DNA from: Chara braunii
Taxonomy: Eukaryota; Plantae; Charophyceae
NCBI GenBank assembly: GCA_003427395.1
Contig: BFEA01000039.1
Location: forward strand, 957,067 to 1,021,066
Length of the DNA stretch: 64,000 nucleotides
Direction of reading: 5' to 3'
The position numbers were made by a program, and so were the translations under genes. A model generated the notes under the pieces. The model saw nothing but the letters and a program-made list of their open reading frames with translations, was not told where the DNA came from and made no database searches. Each line of letters starts with the position of its first letter. Within the stretch, counting starts at the first letter, position 1. Below are positions 1-10,370 of this stretch, piece by piece.

Positions 1-1500
1 TGTTATCTTCGATCGCCTGAGGGCCCCGCAATGGCAGCCAATTGACAGCTTGGTCAACGAACTCAAACTGCCGAAGTAGCCCCTCCTGACGAATTTTCAA
101 ATCGCAGCACCAGCCCCCTACTCGTCCGGTGAAATTACCTCCTCAATGCTCAACCCCTCTCCTCAGCCCAACCGTCGCTGCACCACAACCCGTATCAGTC
201 TTTGCAGCAGCAGTACTCAACGGCGGTCAAAAGCAATAACAACAGTCACCAACAGCAACAATCTGCACATAGTCCACTGCCGGAGCAGCAGTACACCGCG
301 GTGGTCAAGGGCAATAGCAGCAGTCGCCAACAGCAGTAGTCCTTCAAGCGCCTGTGCTCCAAATGGCACCTTGCCACTGTAGAGGCCAAAGACGCCCCGA
401 CTCTGTAGTCCGCTGCCTGAGAAAGACAACAACCGTCCCAGCACGGTAAAAAGTACGGTCCGCGGACGACAATGAAACAGCGAAACGTGACGACACCACG
501 CAGTGATTACCTCATCCTGTAAAGGACCTGCGCGGCAAGCAGAACACAGGCAGCAAGGCAATGGCAGGGCATACGCGAGGGTGTCCACACATCCAGCACA
601 GAGCAAAGCAGCACATGACCAATTCATATGGCGGTTGAACCCCGCAGACTGTCGGCCTTTAGTTCAGTCCACACTGTTGGTTTGTCTTCAAGGGAAGCTT
701 TTCCCTCTCTCCTGTAGGAAGAGCACCGCTGGAATGAAAACACAGATATCCTGGCCTGCCTTGCTGCTTGTCAGCCTCCCCTTCGCACCCAACTGGCAAC
801 AGATGGGAAGCCACACCCGGTCACTGACGAAGAGGGCTACCACGAACACGGGCATTTTCACCATTGCAGTCGAGACTGTCGTAGAAAGGTCACCCTGGCG
901 GTAAGCACTTCAACGTCGGTATTGAAACTGAGACACAGACACCATCGGATGCAGATAGGTGTTTTCCACAGTCAGCGTTCACGTGGGGCTTAGTGCTCAG
1001 TACCCCCACTTCTATCTACAACTGTTCTACAGGGTGAGAGTACCTGGCCCCTATCACGACCGGGCTTGGATGCACACCACAAACCAACAGGTAAGTATCA
1101 TTTCTCCCCTTTTTCCAACGCTAGTCGGATTGCTACTATCACTTTGATAAGTTATCTTAGTCTAAAGGTAGGCACGGGTACCCCTCAGAATTAAGCGAGA
1201 AATTCATAATGAATCTTCTGCTAAAACGCGGAAGTATACATCGCCATCTTTCAGCCTTCCTACCTCGACGCAGCAGCTCTCCTTTCTACTTCCAAATCTA
1301 CTAACCCTTTACTAATTCTAACACTCCCATCGTCATCGCCCTACCCTCAAACTATAAGTTCCCATCTTTTCTCATTGTATTCCGTGAAGAATCGAGTGAG
1401 ATATCGATTCTTTTCTTTCGCCCCCCTTTTCTTCCGTCATACCTCTGCGCGTTGCTTTCTCTTACTAACTCTAATCCTACTCTACTAATTTCAAGACTGA
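1..1500 (+). mobile_element. Decayed unknown element, homologous to 5600-9260 in inverted orientation
   Basis: cgcctgagggccccgcaATGGCAGCCAattgacagcttggtcaa matches the reverse complement of ~9200-9247 (cgcctaaggtgcccgtaATGGCAGCCAacgtgacagcttgatcaa), followed by a CAG/CAA-rich tract. Weaker similarity ~1205-1470 vs ~6150-6460. Confidence 0.5.
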
Positions 1501-1937
1501 TGGCATGATCGCGGTCGCCCGGGGCAGAAACCCCTACCTACCATCTTCCCCCTTCAAAACTGCTCAGAAACGAGCGTGATACGACTGTTTTCTCTCGTCC
1601 CCCCTGTCTTCGTCCGCCATAGCCCAGCACACTAACTTTTCTACTGAGCTTTCTTTCTACTAACTCTTTGCTAGCTCTGACTCCAGATATGGAATCGCCG
1701 GCCCCTAGAACCCCAGACCTAACTCCTCCCTCGCTCGAAGCCACTCGCAAACGAGCGAGTTCCCCGCTCTCCACTACGCCTCGCCTATTTTCCCACCATC
1801 TCAGTCTCTAAACGCCTCTGGCCCGAATCCTCGTTCAAGTTCATTCACCCCCTTCACTGTGCTCCTTGCTTCGACTTCTTTCTGTGTCCGCCCCGCCCTG
1901 CATCGTTTGGTCACACAGCTACACAGCCAAACCAATC

Positions 1938-2006
<69 letters not shown>

Positions 2007-4972
2007 NNNNNNNNNNNNNNNNNNNNNNNNNNNNNNNNNNNNNNNNNNNNNNNNNNNNNNNNNNNNNNNNNNNNNNNNNNNNNNNNNNNNNNNNNNNNNN
2101 NNNNNNNNNNNNNNNNNNNNNNNNNNNNNNNNNNNNNNNNNNNNNNNNNNNNNNCTCTTAGCGCTCGTCCTCCTGATGCGCTGTTGCTCCCCCCACGCCA
2201 TTGCCTGCTCTGCCCCGCTGGGTTCTCACTCGCCTTTTCCGCGGTTCGAACAGCGTCCGCTCCCTGGTCTGGCCGAAAGCTCCCTCATCCCAGGATGGTT
2301 TCCGAGGGGCCTGTTGTCTTAGCCAGCCTACTTAGTCGTTCGCCCTTGTAGCTTGTCCGACGAGCACTATGGCCCTCTGGCTTCACTGCCAGTTCCGCCT
2401 ATTGCAGATAGCGCAGCGGCTTCATAATCGCGCCAGACCAGTCCTACTACCTGGAGGTCCCCCTCTCCGAACGAATCAGCCGCGGAAATGCGCCCCGATT
2501 TATCCTCCCCCTTTCATTCCCGACTCCATTCTATCGTTGCCTGTTGCCTCTCCGCCCCGCTTTCGACCGGCCTCCCCTCATCTCCCGTCTGTGCCCAAGG
2601 CCTTTCCCTACTGTCCATGTACCCGGTACAACTCCGGGTCCGGGTTCACCCCCTCTCTTCCTTCACTGTTGGACAGCGCCACACTGCCCGTCCAGCCCGG
2701 CTGTCTGTTGCTCCGCTTCGCTGTCCGCCCCCCTTGCTCTGCCCAGGCAGAGTTGGCCACCCTTTTGGGTCCCCAACGGGCAACTCCCACACAGGCCGTC
2801 CTGCAGTTGGGGGCGCGGGCCTACTGCAGGCCCACAACACGGTTCCATACGGTCCACTACATGTCGTAGTACCGAGGTGGGCCCTGCCATTGTGCCCCGG
2901 GCATAGTCCGCCAGCTCGCGGGTCCCAATGGCCCGCTTACACTCAACCCTCTCACAGCAAATCGCGGGGGCGGCCAATACATCCACCAAAGGCCCCGCCG
3001 CAGATACTCCCCCCTCGCCGTGGATCAGAATACCCGCCATCCCTCCAAAGCACCGTACATTCAAGGTCCTCGACTGCCGTGACGACCATCGAGTCTGGCG
3101 TCACGTCCGGGCCAACGGCACGCCGGAGCATAACAAAAATTAATACAACAATGATTTAATATAGGATACAAACAGACATCGTGTGGCCCGCTAGTCCGTG
3201 ACGCCGCGCACGCCTAGGCAGTGCAAAGTTGCGCCTCACCGTCAATACCCCACGCCGCCACGCGCGCCACTCACCTCGACAAGAGCCTATGCTTCCACTC
3301 ATGCGCACGCCGTCAGGCGGGCGACACTGCACTTGCGTGACTTGCAAAAAAAACACGCCAAATACCCTTGTAAGGGTATTTGGTACGACACCAGTAGGTC
3401 AAGGCGTTGGCTTGGGGCGTTTCAGTGCGACCGTGCAGCAGGCGGAGCCCGTTCATATGGGCTTCCACTAGTGCCAATGCCAACCTTAGGCATAACATTG
3501 TTGGTTATGGCATTGGACTTCCAGGGCAGAGGTACAAGGATCGAGGGTGGTGACCCGCGGATGATGGAGCATTGGAGCGGTTGGAGGTGCCAAGGGGTTG
3601 AGGGCCCGGTGGGGCTATCCCCTTTGGTTTTTGTTGACGGCCCATCCGTGGGCCCGGTCGGCGTAACTGAGAGGGGTACGACGGTCTCCCTTCCCCAAAG
3701 CACTGGTTTCCGACGTTCGTATTTTTATTTTTACCGTTATTTTTATTTTTATTTCTCTTTAGTTATTTTTAGTTGTCGGTCCCGTTTCTGGCGCGAGGCA
3801 ACAGCGCTGGTACCGGAGTTGTGTGCGGGGACCAGCGGGGCATGGTTCAACTGATACGCCCATGAACTGTTGAAACACGGACTGAGGATTTCAACGTGCN
3901 TGCAAACCGGTGGCCCGGTGGGTGATTAGCCCACGAAGTGGAAAAGGCCTGGGTGGCGTGGCCCCTCTGAGGGTGCACCATCCGCCGACCACAATCTGCT
4001 ACGAGGGGTTGGAGTGTGAGTGTGCCCGATGGGACTCGAAAGATGGTGAATTGCGCCCTCGGCACGGTCGGCCAGAGGACACCAAGGCAGCTGTTTACAT
4101 GGAAGGCTTCGCCACTTCGACCTTCAAGTTCTCATTTGTGTATTTACTACTGCCACCAAGCTCTGCACTGGGACCCGCTCCAACTAGGCTCACGCAGCAG
4201 GCGTCGCAGCAGGCCCGGAGGTGCTGAGGAGGGTCTATCTGCAGATGCACTGCCCGTCGCCCACGATCTGCAGTGAGAGATTTGAGTGTGAGCATGCCCG
4301 TTGGGTGCATCAAGGTGCGAGACCGGTCACACAGAATTGCCAAGGTCCTACAGTTTGCGAGTATGAGTGCCCATTTGTTAACAGCCTGCGTAGCTGCAGG
4401 GCAAGGGATTTTGCGGTCACATCTGGTGAGGACCGCATAATGCCCTATTTTACTTATTTTATTTTTGGTATGATTTTCGAGAGCTGGAAAAAATCTGTTT
4501 ACAAGTGTTCTTGCACAACTTTTGGAAGGCGCCGAGTGACCAGCACTAAGTTGCCATTACTGCAGATGACCAGGGTTTGTCCCACTGAAAAAGGTACAGC
4601 AGTATGGCCTGGGACACACCCAATACCTTGAGATAATCTGTCCCAAAATCTGCATATTTGCAGGTTTTGGGGCCTGCAGTGTGGGAGAACTGTGCCTTGG
4701 GCGCGGCGGGGAAGTGCGGTGACTGCAGCAGCATTGACTGTGTCCAGCTGCGCATTTGGAACCCGTCTTTACTTCAGCCTTCAAAGCCCTCACTTGCAGG
4801 TTGTTACCACCCCCAAGGTCTGCACAGGGAATCGCTGACCGAGCATAGCCGGTACACCCCCGAACTGCTGATATATGGGTTCAGGCTCGAACCCAGAAGC
4901 CTTTGGGTGGGGAGGGTGAAACCCACTCAGAGTTGCCTAGGCCCAGTCAGCTCAGTCAAGGTGTCTTAGTGC

Positions 4973-5395
4973 TTTTTTTATTTTTATTTATTTTTTTAAT
5001 TTTTTAATTTTTTTTAATTTTTTTTCCTTAAAACTATACTCTTCTCTCAATTTTCCTCACACTACCTATCTACCACTACTCCTCCCTGTAGGCATACAGG
5101 GAAACCCGTAGCATACCAGCGCCGTGTTTTTACGGCCCCTCGAGCCTGTAGGATACCGGCCAGGGGACGGCCGGTAGCACCAGGGATAAAGCGGACCAAT
5201 CCCCCGTGCCTCCCCTCAGGCCCCTCCCCTACGAACATAGCAGACTCTGCTTGATGNCGATCGGGGGATCCAGTGGTCTATCTCTTGGGTAGCGGGTGCC
5301 AAGTAAGCCCAGGAAGGTACATGAGGCCAATGGGGATTGAACCCATGACCTCCTAAATGCCACTTGCGAACCTTACCAACTGAGCTACCTGTGTC
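4973..5395 (-). mobile_element. tRNA-derived SINE (copy 1)
   Basis: Minus strand box A TAGCTCAGTTGG and box B GGTTCAATCCC, unpaired anticodon stem, body homologous to the 45071 copy, A-rich tail at 4973-5025. Confidence 0.8.
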
Positions 5396-5485
5396 CTTCG
5401 GGAGATCTGGAACGATACAGAGCAGATTAGCATGGCCCGTGCGCAAGGCTGACTCGCATAAAGGGAGAGGTCGACCTCTCTTTTT
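5393..5485 (+). ncRNA. U6: Divergent U6-derived sequence with a non-canonical 3' hairpin and T5
   Basis: GTCCTTCGGGAGATCTGGAACGATACAGAGCAGATTAGCATGGCCCGTGCGCAAGGCTGACTCGCATAAA matches the U6 core; followed by palindrome GAGAGGTCGACCTCTC and TTTTT. Confidence 0.8.
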
Positions 5486-5599
5486 CGCTGGCTGATTGCG
5501 AGTGTTGTCCAAGAGGGTAAAGTAGCGCGGACTTCTAGGAGGAGTGGTAGTGTAGAGAGAGAGAGGAAGGATTAGAGGAGAGAGAGGCAGCGCTGAGGG

Positions 5600-8500
5600 A
5601 CGCAGCACAACGAGGAGGGAAACCATCAGAGACAACAATAAAAGGGAGAGTGATCTGGACGTGGGTCTGAGCGAGGTGCATTCGAAGTAGGAGGTGAAGA
5701 AGCAGAGGGGAACCCACTACTGATCGTGTTCCTCGTGGTGGTCACACTGCTGCGGATGGCGATCACCCTGCTCCTCGTGATCATCATCTTCATACTCGAT
5801 GCTACTTGGTGTCATGCCCATCTTCGAGCTCACATACATAGAAAGGGAAGGCCGTGCTCGTAGTGACCGCGCTGCTGATTCATGGCGATTACGTTGCCAC
5901 TCCCGACCGTTACCTCCCCGCTAGCGGTCGTCCTCCCGCCTGTAGCAACGGATGCTTGCTCTGCTGATGAGTTTCGAGTGAACCTGGTCAGGACCCAGGC
6001 CAGATGCATTAGCAAGAAGGCGGCGGGGAAGGAACGGAGATGGCGGAGGGAAATATGGACAGCTCGCTCGAATTGTGATAGAACTAGGCAAAGAGGGAGT
6101 CTACATGGGGGTTTTGAGGGCTGGCGAGCCCGAATCTGCGGTCAGAATAAGGCGGGAGTTAGTAAAAGAAGAGTTACAGAAGGAATAGATTGCGCGGAGG
6201 GGGTTGAGAAAGGTAGTAAAGAAGGAAAGCGAGGTAGAAGTTGCTGTTCCTCGGTCATTTCTTGACCGATTTGGGCAAACCAAAATGCTATCTGGGGGTT
6301 TCCGGACGATGCGAACACGATGGCAGTGTTAGAATTGCCCATAGATCAGTGGTTTGGCCGGGGTCAGTACTAATAGCTGCGCCCAGGACTGAAGCTTTCT
6401 TTTGAAGCATAAAAATATGGTGAATCTTCCTGTGTTTTAGGGGGAGATCCATTCTCATTATAGCTGGCAGCAATCCTGACGGCATCCGACTTGGTAGTGT
6501 TCGTAGGCGGCAGCCATCCTGGTATTCATGGTGCTCGTCGGACCACGTTCGCGCTCGCCTCGATGTTGCTGCCCCGTGCGTTCAATTCGCGGTCGTGTTG
6601 CTGCCCCGTGCGTTCAATTCGCGGTCGTGATCGTGATCCTGTGCATCACCTCCCTCAGCCACGTGACCTCAAGGTTGTTGTGTCTATTGTCTTTTCGGAG
6701 TTCCGCTACCGATCTGATGCAGGTACTGCGGGAGAGCGTGGGAAACCGGGAAGGAGAAAAGAAATGGGCGCTTACCCTGACAAATCGGTGATGTAGGAGG
6801 AACGGAAAGTCGGGTCGAGGGAGAAGGCTAGCGGGGGTATGAAGGGAAGTGGAACGTACCTGGACGTACTAGGGCGATAGATTCATTCTCATTTTTTGTA
6901 CTTTGGTGAGTACTGGAACGAGACGTGTGAATGTGTTCCTCCTAATAGTCGTCGCTGTTCGATGGTAATTTACTATTGTCCCGGTGGTCGGCTCCCACGT
7001 CATTATAATCCATTCGATGCTCGTCCAAGCAAGCTTCGCCATTTATGTTCCTTGCCTCGATGATCTCCCTCAGTGTGTTCCACGTCGGGGTGGTAGGCAG
7101 TGAATGAGCAGGGAAGGAAAGAGAAAGAAGGGGAGAAGTGAGTGGGATTACTTGTTATTGTCGGGGCTCGTTCGTCGTACACATCGGCACCATTATTGCC
7201 ATCCGTATGCTTGGGCCGTCCTATCTGGACTGTCGTACTCGTACTCGGAGGCCATTGTGCTGTCTGTCGCGGTTGGGGTCGTGATGGAAGCAAGCGTTCC
7301 TGTCAGTTGTCTGTCTTGCGTGGGCACTAAGAAAAGCGAACGAGTCTGACTGCAATTTCGACCAGATGAGTTGGAAGGAGGGAAGTAGAGAGGGAGGATG
7401 TCCACTTGCGTGGCATGCATCTGGCACGGTTCCAGTGAAGGACTCATTTCGATGTTGCTCATCCAGTTGATGGGAGTGGCCTGAGTCCTGCAGCAAGGTT
7501 GGAGACTTGCCTCCTGAAGGGCGCGCTGCTCGTCCTTCGATGGAAGTAGCGTGAAGCCTGCGGATTTGTTGCCAGCGAANCTTCCCGACTCTAGCGAAGA
7601 TTCATTCCAATTTTTGCACTTTTGGTGAAGTAACGGGGTCGGGGCGCTTCGTCATCTTCGAAGCTCATCGTCTGTACGGGAGGTTGGTATAAGAGAGAGA
7701 GAGAGAGAGAGGGAGAGGGGAACCTGCTTGGCAAGCTGGCCGTGCGGGGAGAAACCGACAGTCGAGCTAAGTGCCAAACGGACGGGCCGTCCTTAGCTGG
7801 TGGAGTGATTTTGTCCAGTTAGTTCAGTTAACGAACGAGATCTCGGCCTGCTAGAGCATAGCGAAACTTGATAGATTAAGGGCTCTTTCTTGATTCTATG
7901 GGTGGTGAGGTTCAGTTCTACCACTGTTTGCTGTGCTTTGACTACATTAGTATGGGCGGAGGCGGGCCTGTTCGATTACCGCATTCTCCAGACTAAGACA
8001 ACACTCGTTTTGGCTAAGGTTTCAGTGTGCCGTGCGGATTACTAGCGCTGCTGCTAAGTGACCGAAGTGTAACAGCCACCTTATGACAAATCCCTGAGGC
8101 AAGCTGTTCTTGTAGTTTGACCAGTTGCTGAGGCAAGCATTGGTCGATTTTTGTCGTGGATGCGCTGTGCTGAAAGGGAATGACTGAGTAAGTTACAACT
8201 GCCTTTGGACGTGATGGGCTGCCGGCCTGCCGGAGGGCGCAACTACTGTGTTCAGCGGTGACGAGCGGTTGCCGCTGCCGCATATCTAAGTACTGGCTAA
8301 TGCTAGCTTCAGCAGCCCTCGACAGCTGTTGGCTGAGGCCGAAGTATTGTTATCGGAGCAGGAGTATTTATTGTGGCCAGATTTGGTAGAAAGTGATGCG
8401 GAATCGAGGGGAGGAGTAAGTCTGAGCAAACAGTGACGGAAAGCAGTTGCTGTACACTCAGATGAGAGGGTATGCCACTTGTTACTTAAAGTCGGGGGCT

Positions 8501-9260
8501 ACTGTTGTAAGCCGGTCCGCAGACGTCGACTTCGGGGAGGGGCTGGCAGCAGAGGTAAGGACGTTGCCATTAAGTGTCAGAGCAGTGACTGTGGCTAAAT
8601 TGACTTGTTGACTGCGTTTTAAAACGTTGGTGCACTCACTGTTGTGTTCGTTGGCTAGGTGTGAACGACTGATACTAGCGATGGGAGACTACTATTGTCA
8701 TGGATTGTTGTGCACGACAGCGGTTTTGGTTGGCTGTGCATGAATGACTGCTGCAGGCTGAGGGAAACTGTTGCTGCTGCTGCGGGCTGTGCACAGGCTA
8801 CCGCTACAGGTTGCTGTAGGTTGTGTACGGACTACCGCTGCTGTTGAGTGCAGCTGTTACTATTGACCGCCGCTGTGTACTGCTGCGGTGTGTGGACTGT
8901 GGTTGTTGTTGACTTCTGTCACTACTGTTGATTCATGTTATTTTTTGTGACCACCACTGTATGCCGCTGCTGCTGGCTACAACTGCTGTTGCTGCTGGCT
9001 ACAACTGTTGTTGCCGTGACCGCTGCCGAGTGTTGCGGGTGCACCTAACGGCTATTGCGGGCCGCTGTGCGACTGTGGTTGGACTGCAAGAGTGGTTGTT
9101 TTTGCAGCATGGTAGAGTGGTGGCGAGGGGAGTTAGTGCTGCGATCTAGGAGATCGTAAGGGGGTTGAGTTCGGCAATCGAGTTCAGCAGTTAACTCCGG
9201 TTTGATCAAGCTGTCACGTTGGCTGCCATTACGGGCACCTTAGGCGTCCGAATATTTCAA
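5600..9260 (-). mobile_element. Decayed unknown element, possibly gag/ORF1-like, downstream of the hairpin array
   Basis: Homology to 1-1500; CAG-rich low-complexity start; no intact ORF. 3' boundary approximate. Confidence 0.45.
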
Positions 9261-9570
9261 GGCCCTCTCCCGCAAGTCTGAGCGCACCTCCCCTGTATCT
9301 GAGAGTCTAAACCTGTCTCTTTCTATCCTTCTCACTCTCAGTCTAGTTTAAGGTTATGAGTGGAAGGCGGCAGGCGGGATTGCAACCCGTAGGACCGCAG
9401 CAAGACCTTGTGGGAGGTCCACCCACCGATTGCGGGAGCTCTGCCGGAACCTAGGCGGGGTTCTGGAGGCAGGGAACTTCAGGTGTAATTTCGTCTGACG
9501 CGTGTGATCCTTTCCCCTAACTGTTATCCTTGGGTTATCTGAATATAGGTATGTGAGGATTATACTATCT

Positions 9571-10370
9571 GGCAGACCGGGCACCCTAAGTTGGGAAAGC
9601 CAGTCAGTACGTCAGGTAGAACAAGAAGAAAAGAGGCGTAAGTGAATTATACAATGGAGGTAACTCGGGCAGGCTGAGCGTACCCCTAAGTTAGGGCGGT
9701 TCAGTCCTATGCTCGTAATAATACAAAGGTGCAGAGAGTTAGTATAAATCTTCTTGTATTTTCCCTTCTAAACACAAGGCAGGATTGAATGTCTCCCTAA
9801 ATTGGGTAGGTCTGATCACTTGCTTAATAAGAGAGAAACATATAAAGTTTGTGAAGTATATCATAGGTTATTCTCTTATATTGTCGTTACGGAGACTAAG
9901 CGTACCCTTAAGTTAGGTCGGCTTAGTCACACGTCTTCTGCACTTTGTTCAGGCAGATCGGGCGTACCCATAAATTAGGGCAGCCTGGTCATACTGTCTT
10001 ATGTATCTAAAACTGTTTAGGCTAGGTAGGAGTACCCTTAAGTTAGGGCGGCCTAGTGATATGCCCTTGTCGTTGACGTGATGTAGGTTGGACGTACCCT
10101 TAAGTTAGGGCGGTCCGACCTTTTGGTTTTCGTACTTGTTTTAGGCACGTTAGGCAAACCCCTAAGTTGGGGCAGCCTAATCCTATGCCCTACGTAACCT
10201 TGTCTAGAGTTGACTAGGCATACCCTTAAGTTAGGGCAGTCGACTTTATGCTTTATGTCGTCAGTTAAGCAGAAGTCAGACATACCCTTAAATTAGGGCG
10301 ATCTGGTCATATGTTTTATGACTAAAGTCGATGTGGTGTTGAACATACCCTTAAGTTAGGGCAGTCCAGT
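9571..10370 (+). repeat. Array of 11 interspaced hairpin repeats (core RTACCCTTAAGTTAGGGCRG)
   Basis: TAARTT loops at 9587, 9687, 9798, 9909, 9971, 10039, 10101, 10163, 10227, 10289 and 10352; dissimilar spacers. Confidence 0.9.

Noticed and set aside
1859-2351. ORFs with SLSLSL/ERERER/X runs here and at ~16900-17800, 41076-41365, 49176-49775 and 61070-61618
   Set aside because: Artefacts of (CT)n microsatellites, poly-T and N gaps.
5322-5395. Functional tRNA gene here and at 45071-45147
   Set aside because: Anticodon and acceptor stems do not pair; the shared downstream body and A-tail indicate a SINE.
9571-10370. Calling the hairpin array a true CRISPR
   Set aside because: Eukaryotic context, no cas genes, repeats not identical and spacing irregular (62-111 bp).
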